A stretch of DNA of 64,000 nucleotides. It comes from Squalus acanthias. Its lineage: Eukaryota. The stretch is from contig CM059432.1 of assembly GCA_030390025.1 (NCBI GenBank), positions 34,474,001 through 34,538,000 of the forward strand. Direction: 5' to 3'. The position numbers and the translations under genes were made by a program. A model generated the notes under the pieces. That model saw only the letters and a program-made list of their open reading frames with translations. It was not told where the DNA came from and did no database searches. Positions 28,372 to 41,171 of the stretch are shown one piece after another (the stretch's first letter is position 1; each line of letters starts with the position of its first letter).

Positions 28372-29199
28372 ACACCTAGTAGTGTAATGGCACCTCTATT
28401 ATTTCTTAACTCTAGCCATACAGATTCTATCCTTGACCCCTCCAGGACATCCTCCCTCTCCAGCACTGCAACATTCTCCTTGACCAATACTGCCAACCCA
28501 CCGCCTATCTTTCCTGAACACTTTATCAGGAATATTTAATACCCAATCCTGTCTTTTTTTGAGCCAGGTCTCAGTTATTGCCACATCATCATATTCCCAT
28601 GTGGCTATTTGTGCCTGCAGCACACTTGCCTTGTTTACTACACTTCATGCGTTCACATACATACACTGTAAACCCATCTTAGACCATCCTGTATTCTCTT
28701 AGTTTGACCCCCCCAATACCTTACTATTTCTTACTTTAGTGCTCTCTGCCTCTCCCAATCCTTTGAGCACTATTTCCCCTTTCTAATGTTACATCCTGAT
28801 GCCCTCTGCCAAAATTAGTTTAAACCCTCCCCAACAGAACTAGCAAACCTCCCTGCGAGGATATTGGTTCCGGCCCGGTTGAGGTGCAACCCATCCGGCC
28901 TGTACAGGTCCCACCTCCCCCAGAACCGGTCCCAATGCCCCAGGGATCTAAAGCCCTCCCTCCTGCACCATCTCTCCAGCCACACATTCATGGGCGCTAT
29001 CCTATTTCTATACTCACTAGCGCGTGGCACCACGTGTAATCCAGAGATTACTACCTTTGGAGGTCCTGCTTTTTAATCTCGTTCCTAGCTCCCTGAAATC
29101 TGCCTACAGGACCTCATCCCTCTTTCTGCCTATGTCGTTGGTACCGATATGGACCACGACCTCTGGCTGTTCAGCCTCCCGCCTCCGAATCGTCGACGA

Positions 29200-30035
29200 T
29201 TTCCAAAAAAAACGAAGAGGGACGTCACAGGACAGCAGGTAGGTGATTGGTTGGTGAGTATTAAGGTTTTTTTCCTCTCTAACCTAGGACAGTGGTTTAA
29301 ACTAGGACCAGAAATCTATAACGTACTGTATTAAATTTATAGCTTAACTAGTTAAACTATTTAATATAACTATAAATAATCGTTGAATAAAGACTTTAAC
29401 TAATTAAATAAATAAAATAAGACTAATCTAAGATATGGCAGAGCAGGTTGTGTGTCTGGACTGCAGTATGTGGGAGTTTGTGGACGGCGAGACTGTTCCG
29501 AGCAAACACATCTGCAGGAGATGTCTCCATCTCGAATCTCTCCGGCTCAAAGTCATTGAGCTGGAGTGCGAGTTGGAGACACTCCGACACACAAGGGAGG
29601 GGGGAGGAATTTCTGGGCAGTTTTATCCACAATACAGTCACACCCCAGAGGAAAGCACAGGTTCAGGAATGGGAGGGTGTGACTGTTAGGGAGTCGGGTA
29701 GCGGGGATTTACGAGAGGTTGAGAAGGAGGTCCCGCAGACACTGGTCCTGTCCAACAGGTACGATGTACTCGCTACCTGTGAGGACAAGGAGATAGACTG
29801 CAGGGAGGACAGCCACAATGCAGACCAAGGCATCGTGGCTCGGAAGGCTGTCCAAGGGGGGGGGGGAGCAGAATAGAAATGTGGTAGTAATAGGTGACTC
29901 TATAATTAGGGAGATAGATAGCGTCCTCTGCAGCCAAGAACCCCGCAGGGTGTGTTGCCTACCTGGTGCCAGGGTAAGGGATATCTCATGGCGGCTGGAG
30001 AGGAACTTGCAGAGGGAGTAAATCAAGTTGTCATG

Positions 30036-30066
<31 letters not shown>

Positions 30067-31420
30067 ACAGGGAAGAGGTCCTACTGAAGAAATTTCAGGA
30101 GTTAGGCTCTAAATTAAAAAGCAGGGTAATAATCTCTGGATTACTGCCCGAGCCACATGCAAATTGGTATAGAAGCAGACAGATCAGGAGAATTAACACG
30201 TGGCTAAAGGGCTGGTGTGGGAAAGTGGGGGTTCCTTTTCATGGGACACTGGCACCAGTTCTGGGACAGGAAGGAGCTGTACCGATGGGACAGGCTCCAC
30301 CTGAACCGGGATGGGAACCTAGTGGAAAAGGTAAATAGGGAGGTGGCAAAGGCTTTAAACTAGTAAGGGGGGAGGGGGAGGGATCTACAAGAAACGTAAG
30401 CAGCCTAAATATAAAAACAGGAAAAAAGTGAGCATAGGAAAGAATAAAGGGAGGATATTGATGGCACGGGAGCAAATAGAGTTATAGAACAGGAGTCTAA
30501 AAAGATGGTTAAACATAAAGTGAGAGGAAATCCTATTAAAAATGAGTTAAACTGTCTGTACAGCAATGCACAGTGTCCGTAATAAAACAGGGGAGCTGGA
30601 GGCAATCATGCGTTGCGAGGAACCAGACATAGTAGGGATTACTGAGACATGGCTACAGAAAAATCAGGACTGGGAATTAAACACTGCAGGATATAACATA
30701 TTTAGAAAAGATAGAGGGAAATAGGGGAGGTGGAGTAGCTGTACTTATTTCTACTGCCATTATGTTATCCCTATAAGTGACGCAGCTATCAGCAAGACAA
30801 AAATAGAATCTATATGGATAGAGATAAAAGATAATAAAGGATCAATCATACTAATAGGCGTAGTCGACAGACCACCTAATAGTGGAAGGGAGGTGGAGAA
30901 AGAAATATACAGACAAATTAGAGAAATGAGTAAAAAACATAGAATAATCATCATGGGGGATTTCAACTACCTGATATTAATTGGACAGAAGAGGTAGGTA
31001 AAGGGGTTATGGGAATGGAGTTCCTACAATGTCTACAGGACTCCTTTCTAACCCAATATGTAAAGAGCCCAACAAGGGAGGATTCGCTATTGGATCTAGT
31101 AATGGGGAATGAGCCAGAGCAGAAAATAGAAGTAAAAGTAGGGGAACATATTGGCAATAGTGACCATAATATAATACACTTTATGATAATAGAGAAGAAC
31201 ATAAGTATGACAAAAAAACAAGTTAATAAAGTGGAGAAAAGTACATAGACAGCGGAGGAGTGCATGAGAGAGAATACGAAGGGATTAGGAGAGAAGCAAA
31301 AAAAAATTAGGAAGGCAAAGAAACTAAATTATCAAGGAACATAAAAAAAATGTAAAATATTTTACAGGCACATCAATAAAAGGGGTTGGGATGGGAATAG
31401 GGCCATTAAGGGATAGACAG
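29200..31420 (+). mobile_element. 5' half of a decayed CR1 LINE (5' UTR, ORF1, APE endonuclease); RT missing
   Basis: MAEQVVCLDCSMWE...HICRRC..LRLKVIELECELETLR (zinc finger/coiled coil); VVVIGDSIIR, CCLPGARVRD, VHVGTNNIG (SGNH esterase); GITETWL, LLDLVMGN, GNSDHN (EN). Confidence 0.9.
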
Positions 31421-31762
31421 GATACCACACGTCTCTCTGTGTCTGTCTGTTCCCCATTTCCATCCTCGCTCTCCCACCCACTCCAACGGATCTTGTTGCA
31501 AAACGTGGTCTGTACTGTCGGCCTGCAACGGTGGGGTACTGCGCAGGCGTCGCTCCGGCAAAAGGGCGCATGCGCAGAAGGGGATCGGGTGTGCATGCGC
31601 GGCTCCGCGATACCGCGCATGGCCGCAAAGTCGGCGTTTTAAAATTGGGCCACTCCCCCGCTCCAGCTGCTGTCCGGCTCTGCGCGGCAATTCAATTCAA
31701 CTGCGCGGCAGCTCGAGGATTAGTGCGCGGGCGCGCAGCCACGCACCCTAGAGGGAACAGTG
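31420..31762. mobile_element. CpG-rich non-autonomous element ending in a MITE-like terminus; inverted homologue at ~24415-24600
   Basis: Ends ..ctagagggaacagtg; GCGCATGCGC motifs; reverse complement of 31560-31640 aligns by eye with 24415-24495. Confidence 0.55.
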
Positions 31763-32516
31763 CTTCCAACCCCACCCCCTTTACACCCACCACATTCTCC
31801 TCTCCTCCCGCTAGACCTGGTTGATTTCTCTGAAAGCTCGGTGCATGTGGGGCAAGTGACATCATTGGACTGGATGAAATCCAGAAGTCATGACACGGTC
31901 ACTATTCACTTCATATCAAATAAACCTGTTAACAATCCGTGACCCACACACAGCAATTTGGACCAGGGGAAGGGCGCAGAAAGAAAGTCAGGAACTTGGG
32001 CAGCGAGGGCAGGAACTTGTTTGGCGGATGGGAGAAGGTCTTAACTCACGAGGGTGAGCCCTGACTGTTCCAACTGAGCTCGTCTGTCTGGAGTAAGCAG
32101 TCAGAATGGCTCGAATTACACTTTGCAAAGTCATTGATTACGTAGGCAGGGAAGATCAAATTACACATTCCAGAGAAACTGCTGAGTGTGTCTTGTCCTC
32201 CAAGGGGACCAATCAGAACTATGGTGTTGCAAATAGACACGACTTTTTAAAAACTCATTTCATCAACCAAGCTTTCGGTTCCCCTCCTAGCCTCTCCCAT
32301 CTCGCTTGGCATCCTTTTTCTGTGGTGTTGTGAAGTTGTTTGCATTAAAGGCCATGCTGATACAATTTGTTTCTTTCGAAGCTCCTTTTCTAGAGACCGT
32401 TTGTAAAAAGAAAAGCACCTTCGTCGAAAGCAATCGCGTTCACTCCAGATTATGACAAGATGCACAGGATAACTCCTTCCCCAACCCCTCATCCAACATC
32501 TTCCCCCGCCATCTAC

Positions 32517-32648
32517 CTGTCTCGATGGCTTGACTCAGACGGTGACGATTTTGTCCGGTTCTTGTGCTGCTTGTTCTTCTTTTCCTTCTTTTTCTTCTTT
32601 TCCTTTTTGCTCTTTTTCTCTTTCTTGTGTCGCTTTCGGCCTTCAAAC
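32517..32648 (-). CDS. C1orf35: MMTAG2/C1orf35 coding exon 7 (lysine-rich)
   Basis: RFEGRKRHKKEKKSKKEKKKKKEKKNKQHKNRTKSSPSESSHRD; ctctAG acceptor, AG|GTAGAT donor; phases consistent. Confidence 0.88.
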
Positions 32649-32874
32649 CTAGAGTGTGGGATCGACAGACTGTACTGAGAAACTGAGACAGTTACAAGCT
32701 TCCATCCGAATCCCATCTGTTCATCCGGAATCCAATCAGACACTGGCCCAGAAAACATCGCCACCCAACCACAACCTCCAAGGTGTGTAACTGCCCAACC
32801 AACCATACTTTTGAATGCCTTCTCAGAAGCACCCTTATCACAGCGTGTTATGCTTTCAGTGGTGCTGCATGAAA

Positions 32875-33165
32875 GGAAGAACTTCTATGACCACAGGATG
32901 CTACAAGTGCTTCTCAGCCAACTAAATACTTTTGAAGTATAGTCACTGTTGTAACGTAGGAAATGCAGCAGACAATTTGCACAAATATTGGCCAGGACAC
33001 CAGAGATGTTGTACATCAACCCGAAGGGGCAGACAGGACTTTGGTTTTAACACGTTATTTGAAAGATCGCACTGCCGACCCTGCAATACTCCCTCACTAT
33101 TTAAGTGTAGTGGGACTTGAACCCACAACCTTCCTCCGTGGCAAGAGGCACTGAGCCAAGGCTAC
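32875..33165 (-). mobile_element. DeuSINE (SacSINE1-like), internally deleted
   Basis: On -: A box tggctcagtg and B box gggttcaagtccc, then the SINE body. Confidence 0.75.
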
Positions 33166-33705
33166 CCCTTACTTAGCCCTAGGTGACCAGCAGACAATAC
33201 ACTCAATGCCATGAACCACATTTGCAGACATTGTCACATCTGTCTGGCAATGACCACAGGGTTCAGGTCAGCAGACGCACAGCTGTCATGTTGCGATGCA
33301 GCATGGGGCTGGAACACACAGCGACAGTAATGGTCGGCTACGGCCTGAAGCTTGGTTCCATCTCCTTCCAGGCATATTGCAACATTGACCTATGGGTGCT
33401 GGGCTGCTCTGTTATGTGGCTGCAGATTCAATTTGCACCTTGGATTTTCTTTCCTTGTCTCTTCTCCGTCCCCTGCCCCTTCAGCAGGCTGCTAATAAGT
33501 GGAATAATGAGCCTTTTAAAAAAACGTTTTGTTCCCCCAACAGTCCCCGTTAATTGCCTTGTCCCTTTACATTTCACTTGCACGCTCTGACCACTAGAGG
33601 GCTCCCTGCAACCGTCTCAATGAAGCGATGCAAATGAGGTGAAAATTGGGTGCAAACAGCTCACTTTCATTAGAGCCTTTTAGGTTTAAACCACACCAAC
33701 AGTAG

Positions 33706-34315
33706 AACATAGGTACAGGAGTAGGCCATTCAGCCCCTCGATCCTGCACCACCTTTCAATTAGATCATGGCTGATCTGTACCGTAACTCCACTTACCCAC
33801 CTTTTATCCATATCCCTTCATAACAAGAACTATTTATCTCAAGCTCAGCATCCAGTCTTTGGGGGGGAAAAAAAGAGTGTTGGGGAGAGAATTCCACATT
33901 TCCACTACGGTGTGTATGTGCAAAAGTGCTTCCTCATTTCACTCTTGAATGGCCTGGCTCGAATTTAAAGATTATGCCCCCTTGTTCTGGATTCCCCCAG
34001 AAAAAGAAACCTTTTATAATTTTAAACACCTCGATTAGATCACCCCTCAACCTTCTAAACTCAAGGGAATACAACCCAAGTTTATGCAACCTGTCCTCAC
34101 AATTTAACACTTTAAACTCCAGAATCATTCTGGTAAATCTGCACTGCACCCTTTGCAAGGCCAGTATATCCTTCCTGAGGTGCGGTGCCCAAAACTGTAC
34201 GCAGTACTCCAGATGGGGTCTGACCAAGGCGCTGAACAACTGAAGCACAATCTCCTCCCCTTTGCATTTCAGAACCCTCGAGATAAAGGAAAACTTTCCA
34301 TTAGCCTTTTCCATT
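33706..34315 (-). mobile_element. CR1 LINE 3' fragment
   Basis: ORF 33934-34314 [17 protein letters not shown]. Confidence 0.9.
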
Positions 34316-35480
34316 ACTACAGGTTACTACACAAGATAAGAGCTCACGGGGTTGGGGGCAATATATTAACATGGATAGAGGATTGGCTAACTAACAGAAA
34401 ACAGAGAGTCGGGATAAATGGGTCATTTTCAGGTTGGCAAACTGTAACTAGTGGGGTGCCGCAGGGATCAGTGCTGGGGCCTCAACTATTTACAATCTAT
34501 ATTAATGACTTGGATGAAGGGACCGAGTGTATTGTAGCCAAATTTGCTGAGGATACAAAGATAGGTGGGAAAGCAAATTGTGTGAAGGATGCAAAGAATC
34601 TCCAAAGGGATATAGATAGGCGAAGTGAGTGGGCAGGAATCTGGCAGATGGAGTATAATGTGGGAAAATGCAAGGTTATCCACTTTGGTAGGAAAAATAA
34701 AAAAGCAAATTATTTTTTAAATGGGGAGAGATTACAAAATGCTGAGGTAGAGGGATCGGGGGGGGGGGGGGGTCCTTGTACATGAATCACAAAAAGTTCA
34801 CATGCAGGTACAGCAAGTAATTAGGAAAGCAAATGGAGTGTTGGCCTTTATTGCAAAGGGAATGGAGTATAAAAATAGGGAAGTCCTGTTACAACTGTAT
34901 AGGATGTTGGTGAGATCACACCTGGAGTACTACGTACAGTTTTGGTCCCCTTATTTAAGGAAGGATATACTTGCATTGGTGACAGTTCAGAGAAGGTTCA
35001 TGAGGTTGATTCCGGAGATGAAAGGGTTGTCTTATGAAGAAAGGTTGAGCAGGTTGGACCTATACTCATTGGAGTTTAGAAGAATGAGAGGGGATCCTAT
35101 TGAAACATACAAGATTCTGAAGGGGCTTGACAAGGTAGATGCAGAGAGGACGTTTCCCCTCGTGGGGGAATCTAGAACTAGGGGGCATAATTTCAGAATA
35201 AGGGGGCACCCATTTAAAACGGAAGTGAGGAGCAATTTCTTCTCAGAGGGTCGTGAATCTTTGGAATTCTCTTCCCCAGAGAGCTGTGGAGGCTGGGTCA
35301 TTGAATATATTTAAGGTGGAGATAGACAGATTTTTGAATGGTAAGGGAGTCAATGGTTATGGGGAGCGGGCAGGGAAGTGGAGTTGAGGCCCAGATCGGA
35401 TCAGCCATGATCTTATTGAATGGCGGAGCAGGCTCGAGGGGCCAAATGACCTACTCCTGCTCCTACGTCTTATGTTATTG
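34316..35480 (+). mobile_element. CR1 LINE 3' fragment
   Basis: [42 protein letters not shown]. Confidence 0.92.
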
Positions 35481-35583
35481 TGTATTACAGCAACTTCAAG
35501 AAGAGTCGAGGAAAGAAACAGGGCGAATAAAAACACAGCGACCCTGACCACTGGTCAGCTGTTGGCCATCCCTGGCCTCTCAC

Positions 35584-35666
35584 CTCACGGTCTCAGGCTC
35601 TCTGCTCTCCCTCTCTGGTTTCCGCTTCTGGCTCGATGACTCGCCAATATCATCAGCTTTGTGGTG
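35584..35666 (-). CDS. C1orf35: MMTAG2/C1orf35 coding exon 6
   Basis: HHKADDIGESSSQKRKPERESREPETV; ttacAG acceptor, AG|GTGAGA donor; continues ..IFT-HH like human VFTHH. Confidence 0.88.
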
Positions 35667-36039
35667 CTGTAACAAGAGAGGAAAGAATGTGGTTACTGGA
35701 GAGAAATAGAAACCCGAGAATGCTGGAAATACACAGCAGGTTTGGCGACAATATTGATAATAAGGCAGGTTGAACGTTTGGGGCTGTAGTCCTGTGCCGG
35801 AATTCTGCGAATCAAGTTCTCTCCCAGGTGCTGTCAGGCCTGCCCTCCATTTGCAGCACTTTCCTGCTTTCATTTCGGATTGGTCTTACAGCTATATACA
35901 TGCCGTGAGAACAGTAACATTGCTGAAATGCATCTAACAGGTGAACAGTGCAATTTATTTCAGGGCTCCCATCTTGCAGGAATTTCCAGAGTTCCCGGGA
36001 AAGTGAGCTTCTGTATGACTGATTTTTAAGTGTTCGTTG

Positions 36040-36300
36040 GGGACCTTCCCCAGCCAATACCAGCACACCCTGCAGAAACCCCTGAAAATACAGGCACAGC
36101 CCCCCTGAAAATACAGGCACGATCCTCCTGGTAACCCCCTGAAAATACTGGCACAGTCCTGGGTACACCGACACACTCCCTAGGAGCACCCACTAGTGTC
36201 AGCACACTCCCAGTAACCTCCTGCCAGTATTGGCATGCTGGCAAGGACCCCCTGCAAGTATCAGGACACTCCCTAGGAGCCCAGGCAGTATCGGCACCCT
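36040..36300 (+). repeat. Degenerate minisatellite (ccccctgaaaatacaggcac-like units)
   Basis: Repeated cccctgaaaatac(a/t)ggcac and cactccc(t/a) units. Confidence 0.65.
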
Positions 36301-36639
36301 CTCAAAGACTTCATGTCTTCATTTCTGAAAGGCAGCATCAGCTTCCCAAAGCCGCCATCGCCAAAATTAGTGTGCACCAGAAACGACATACCAGCAAATC
36401 AACAAACACAGAAACCTGCTGGGAGTCGGGCAGACACCTGATGATTACAGGGATCCTCTCAATATCCCTGCAGACCCCTTAGGTTTGAGGCCCCAATTTG
36501 AAAACCGATGCCCCGTGGAGACAGGGATAGTTTAACGTTCCGACTGCGGAATTTTGACTTACTCCCTTTACATATTCAGCTATTAGATAATCGATGGTCA
36601 CTAATACGAGAGTCGTGCATTCCATCAACCTGACACAAT

Positions 36640-37170
36640 AGCAACAGGAGTAGGACATTTGGCCTCTCGAGCCTGTACCTTCATTCAATCAGGTCGTTCT
36701 GATCTGTATCTCAACTCCATTTACCCGCCTTTGATCTATATCCTTTGATACCCTTACCCAACAAAAATCTATTGATTTCGGTCTTGAATCTCCAATTATC
36801 CCAGCATCCACAGCCTTTTGGGGAAAGAGAATTCCAGATTTCCACTAACCTGTGTGTGAAAAAGTGCTTCCTGATTTCACTCTCGAATGGCCTGGCTCTA
36901 ATTTAAGATTATGTCCCCTTGTTCTGGATTTCCCCACCAGAGGGCATAGTCTCTCTGTATCTACCCTATCGAATCCTTCATCATGTTAAACCATTTGATT
37001 AGATCACCCTCCCTCAAGGGAATATAAGCCAAGTTTATGCAACCTTTCCTACTTGATATCATTTCGATGAATCTGCACTATAACCCTTCCAAGGCCAATA
37101 TATCCTTCCTGAGGTCTGACCAAGGGTCTGTACAACGGAAACATAACTTGCTCACTTTTGTAATCCAGCC
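36640..37170 (-). mobile_element. CR1 LINE 3' fragment
   Basis: Reverse of the CR1 3' UTR; similar to 33706-34315. Confidence 0.85.
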
Positions 37171-37217
37171 CCCCCGATCCCGACTTTAATTTGAGTGAAC
37201 GATGCACTGTTTCCTAC

Positions 37218-37290
37218 CGTAAAAATAGCCAGTCCGAGCTTAGCCGCCTCACGGTCCTCTCTGGTCAGCATCATCCTGGGAGTGGTTCCA
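37218..37290 (-). CDS. C1orf35: MMTAG2/C1orf35 coding exon 5
   Basis: SGTTPRMMLTREDREAAKLGLAIFT (human, recalled: AMSREDKEAAKLGLSVFT); AG/GT flanks; 73 nt. Confidence 0.93.
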
Positions 37291-37372
37291 CTGCCAGAAA
37301 ACAGGTTGGAACAGGCTGGTTAATCAGATGCCGGCTCTCCCTCGCTAGCTCCTTACTTCACTTAATACAAGA

Positions 37373-38695
37373 TTGAATTATAGACCAGTTAGCCTAACAT
37401 CTGTTGTGGGGAAATTGCTAGAGTCTATAATTAAGGATAGGGTGACTGAACACTTCAAAAATTTCCAGTTGATCAGAGAGAGCCAGCGTGGATTTGTGAA
37501 AGGTAGGTCATGCCTGACAATCCTGATTGAATTTTTTGAAAAGGTGACTAAAGTAGCGGACAGGGGAATGTCTATGGATGTTATTTATATGGACTTCCAG
37601 AAGGCATTTGATAAAGTCCCACATAAGAGACTGTTAACGAAGGTAGAAGCCCACGGAGTGGAGGGCAAATTATTGACCTGGTTAGGAAATTGGCTGAGCG
37701 GCAGGAGACAGAGAGTAGGGATAATGGGCAGGTACTCAAATTGGCAGAATATGACTAGTGCTGTCCTGCAGGGATCTGTGTTGGGGCCTCAACTATTCAC
37801 AATATTTATTAACGACTTAGATGATGGCATAGAAAGTCATATATCCAAATTTGCCGATGACACAAAGATAGTCGGCATTGTAGATGAAAGCATAAAATTA
37901 CAAAGGGATATTGATAGATTAAGTGATTGGGCAAAACAGTGACAAATGGATTTCAATGTAAGCAAATGCGAGGTCATCCACTTTGGACTAAAAAGGATAG
38001 AACAGGGTACTTTCAAAATGGTGAAAAGCTAAAAACAGTGGATGTCCAAAGAGACTTGGGGGTCCAGGTACATAGATCATTAAAATGTCATGAACAGGTG
38101 TAGAATGCTGGCCTTTATATCTAGAGGACGAGAGTACAAGAAGGCAGAAGTTATGCTGCAGCTATACAAAACCCTGGTTAGACCACACCTGGAGTACTGT
38201 GAGCAGTTCTGGGCACCACACCTTAGGAAGGATACATTGGCCTTCTAGGGTTAAGTTACGAGGAGAGATTACACAAACTAGGGTTGTATTCCCTAGAGTT
38301 TAGAAGGTTAACGGGTGATCTGATCGAAGTTCTCAGGATATTATGGGGAACAGTTAGGGTAGAGAAAAACTATTTCCGCTGGTTGGGGATTCTAGGACTA
38401 GGGGGCATAGTCTAAAAATTAGAGCCAGACCTTTCAGGAGTGAAATTAGGAAACACTTCTACACACAAAGGGAGGCAGAAGTTTGGAACTCTCTCCGCGA
38501 ACAGCAATTGAGGCTAGATCAATTGTTAATTTTAAATCGGAGATTGATAGCTTTTTGTTAACCAAAGGTATTAATGGATATGGGCCAAAGACAGGTATAT
38601 GGAGTTAGATCGCAGATCAACCATGATCTCATCGAATGGCGGAACAGGCTCGAGGGGCTGAATGACCTACTCCCGTTCCTGTGTTCCTATGTTCC
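37373..38695 (+). mobile_element. CR1 LINE 3' fragment (RT to 3' end)
   Basis: NYRPVSLTSVVGKLLE, YMDFQKAFDKVPH, SKFADDTK. Confidence 0.93.
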
Positions 38696-39544
38696 CAAGT
38701 CTCCCTACGTGTCCATGGACTGGGCACCAAGGGCACTGCCAGGCAGCTTGCTCTCCAGCCTCTTCCAGGGCCACTCTGCATCAGCTGTAAGGAGACGTGC
38801 GACCGAGGCATAGGAGCAGAGCGTCCCTCTGTGCTGTAAACTGACACTTGCAAAGCGATGGGACCAAGATCCGTAGTTGGTGGGGAGAAGAAATTAAACC
38901 TCCAGATGCCATCACGTTTCAGAACAGCACGCCAGCTGGCACTCGGCAAGTTGTGCCAGCTCACTCTCCTTGCCAACAAGCTTTATAACAGTGGGATGGA
39001 TCAAAAGGACTCCCTCCTTCCTGCTGTTGTCCTCCTCACTGAGGTGGGATGAAAGGGGAGAGGAGAGGAGTGAGCCAGCAGAGTCAGAGTTATATCCTCA
39101 CAGAGACTCTGCAATTACTGAGACCAGTCACAGTGCAGAGTTGGTACATCAGGACCCCTTCCCCTACGATTGGAGCTCACCCTCTCCTGAGGAATTAAGC
39201 TCATCACCTTAGTAGTACTCTGTACCAGAAGTTTGTGGACACTCCAGGACTGAATACATAATCTAGGCCGAGACTCTAGTGCAACAGTAAGGATCTTGCT
39301 GTGTGCAAAATGGCTGCCATATTTGCCTACACAATAAATATTTTCACATAACAAATTCTAAGGCACGGACGTGATAAGGTGCTATATAAACGCAAATGTT
39401 TCTCATATATAATTTCCAGTATAGAATCGCTGATATATTAGGGAGAATTATTCACCTTGGCCACAGTCCATTGTTGAACTGAAGACAGTGACTGACAATG
39501 CACTGCCCCCCCATCATTGCCCTGGCTGAGATCAGACAGATCAC

Positions 39545-40010
39545 ACAACTTGCATTTATGTAGCGCCGTTAACATAGTAAAACTTCCCAAGGTGCTTCAC
39601 AGGAGCGTAATCAGACAAAAATAATTGTCCCCGAGCCAAAGGAGAAGACATTAGGATAGGAAACCGAAGAGGTAGGTTTTAAGATGGAAAGAGATCTGGA
39701 GAGGCAGGGAAAGGGTTTAGGAAGGGAATTCCGGAGCTTAGGGCCTAGGCTGAAGGCACGGCCGTCAATAGTGGGGGGGGAAGGAAGTGGGGGATGCACG
39801 AGGCCAGAGTTCTTGGAGGGTTGGAGGAGGTTACAGAGATTGGGAGGGGTGAGGCCATGGAGGGATCTGAACACAAGGAGAAGAATTTTAAAACTGAGCT
39901 ATTCGGGGACTAGGATTCAATGTAGGTCAGCGGGCACAGGGTGGTGGGTGAACGGGACTTGGTGTAAATTAGGTTACGGGCAGCAGAGTTTTAGACAAGC
40001 TTAAGTTTAT
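39545..40010 (-). mobile_element. L2 LINE 3' fragment
   Basis: FRSLHGLTPPNLCNLLQP..GRAFS..GPKLRNSLP. Confidence 0.8.
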
Positions 40011-40089
40011 GGGGAAATTGAATCAGCAGGAAATTTAATGAGCATTAAAATCATTTGGAGCAGGCAGATTAGAAGGAAAGCGAGTAAAA

Positions 40090-40440
40090 GAAGTTACATT
40101 TATATAGCACCTTTCAGAGCCTCAGGACGTCCCAAAGCACCTAACGGACAAGGAGTCACGGTGGGAGAAGCAAACACAGCTCCCAATATGCAGACAGGAC
40201 ACCGGGAGAACTCGCTGCTCTGCGAGTATTGCCACGGGATCTTTAACATCCAGCTGAACAGGCAGAGTGAGCCTCATTTTAACGTCACATCAGAAAGATG
40301 GCACTTCCAAAAGTGCAGCACGCCCTCAGTACTGCACTCTCGTGTCAACCTAGATTACCTGCCAAGTCTCTGGAGGGGCACTTGAACCCCACAACCTCCT
40401 GACAGAGAGGGAAAAAAAACTACCAACTGCTCTCAGCCAC
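40090..40440 (-). mobile_element. DeuSINE (SacSINE1-like)
   Basis: B box gggttcaagtgccc on -; cagtactgagggcgtgctgcac body; shared tail. Confidence 0.7.
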
Positions 40441-41171
40441 AGTTAGTTAAGGACGAGACAGAGTTGGAACATTTGAATCATTTTATAATGTTAGAACGTA
40501 GTCTATTCTCTATTCTAGTGACCTGAGAAAGCACAGATATTTCTCCACAACTCAATAAACAGAACAGAGAGGGGGAAAAAAATCAAATTAAATGTGACAC
40601 CGTGCATATGAGGTTAGTTCTTTCTGAGAACTAATTTCAAATCACCTGTCTCAAATCAGCTGGGATGGGGATTGAGCAGAGCGAGGTCCACAGATCCCAG
40701 CTCCTGTTCACCCTCAATTATTAGCTCTATGGTGCCACCTCATGGCTGACCCTCAGCATTACATCAGCTCATTTCAGTCCAGAAATCCAGAATAGCCCCA
40801 CACTGCCAATAATGGGGCTCACCAGCACCTGCTCAGGAGCATCTAGGGATGGGCAATATGTTGGCATTGCCAGCAACCCCCACATCCTGAATGAAAAAAA
40901 AGACATTACAGCTGGGTTCATGCTGGATCTGTGCAAGGCTCTGGCTGGGACACAGCTGCAGCACTGCATGCAGATCTGGTCTCTGTAACATAAGGCGACT
41001 CTCCAGTACAGAGGAGAGCAACGAGGTTCTACCCCAACGAGGTGCTGCGGATTAACCAATGAGGCAGAATTAGACAAGCATTGTCAGTCACGGTCTTCAG
41101 TTCAACAACATACTGTGGCCAAGGTGAATAATTCTCCCTATTATATCAGAGATTCTGTACTGGATCTTAAA

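Larger units (their letters stand above)
24805..29170 (-). mobile_element. Long decayed CR1 LINE (ORF1 esterase end, APE endonuclease, RT, 3' UTR), interrupted by a Penelope insertion
   Basis: HWDRFWGRWDLYRPDGLHLNRAG (ORF1 SGNH, 28815-29033); YDDVAITETWL (EN); KSPQADGMHPRMLREL; QGSVLGP..FADDTK; ttctatgattct tail at ~24810. Confidence 0.93.

Noticed and set aside
33588..33606. CTCF-like motif CCACTAGAGGGC
   Set aside because: Plausible but a weaker match with no supporting context
34153..34785. 210-aa RT-like ORF as a functional gene
   Set aside because: It spans the junction of two oppositely oriented CR1 fragments and is frameshifted downstream
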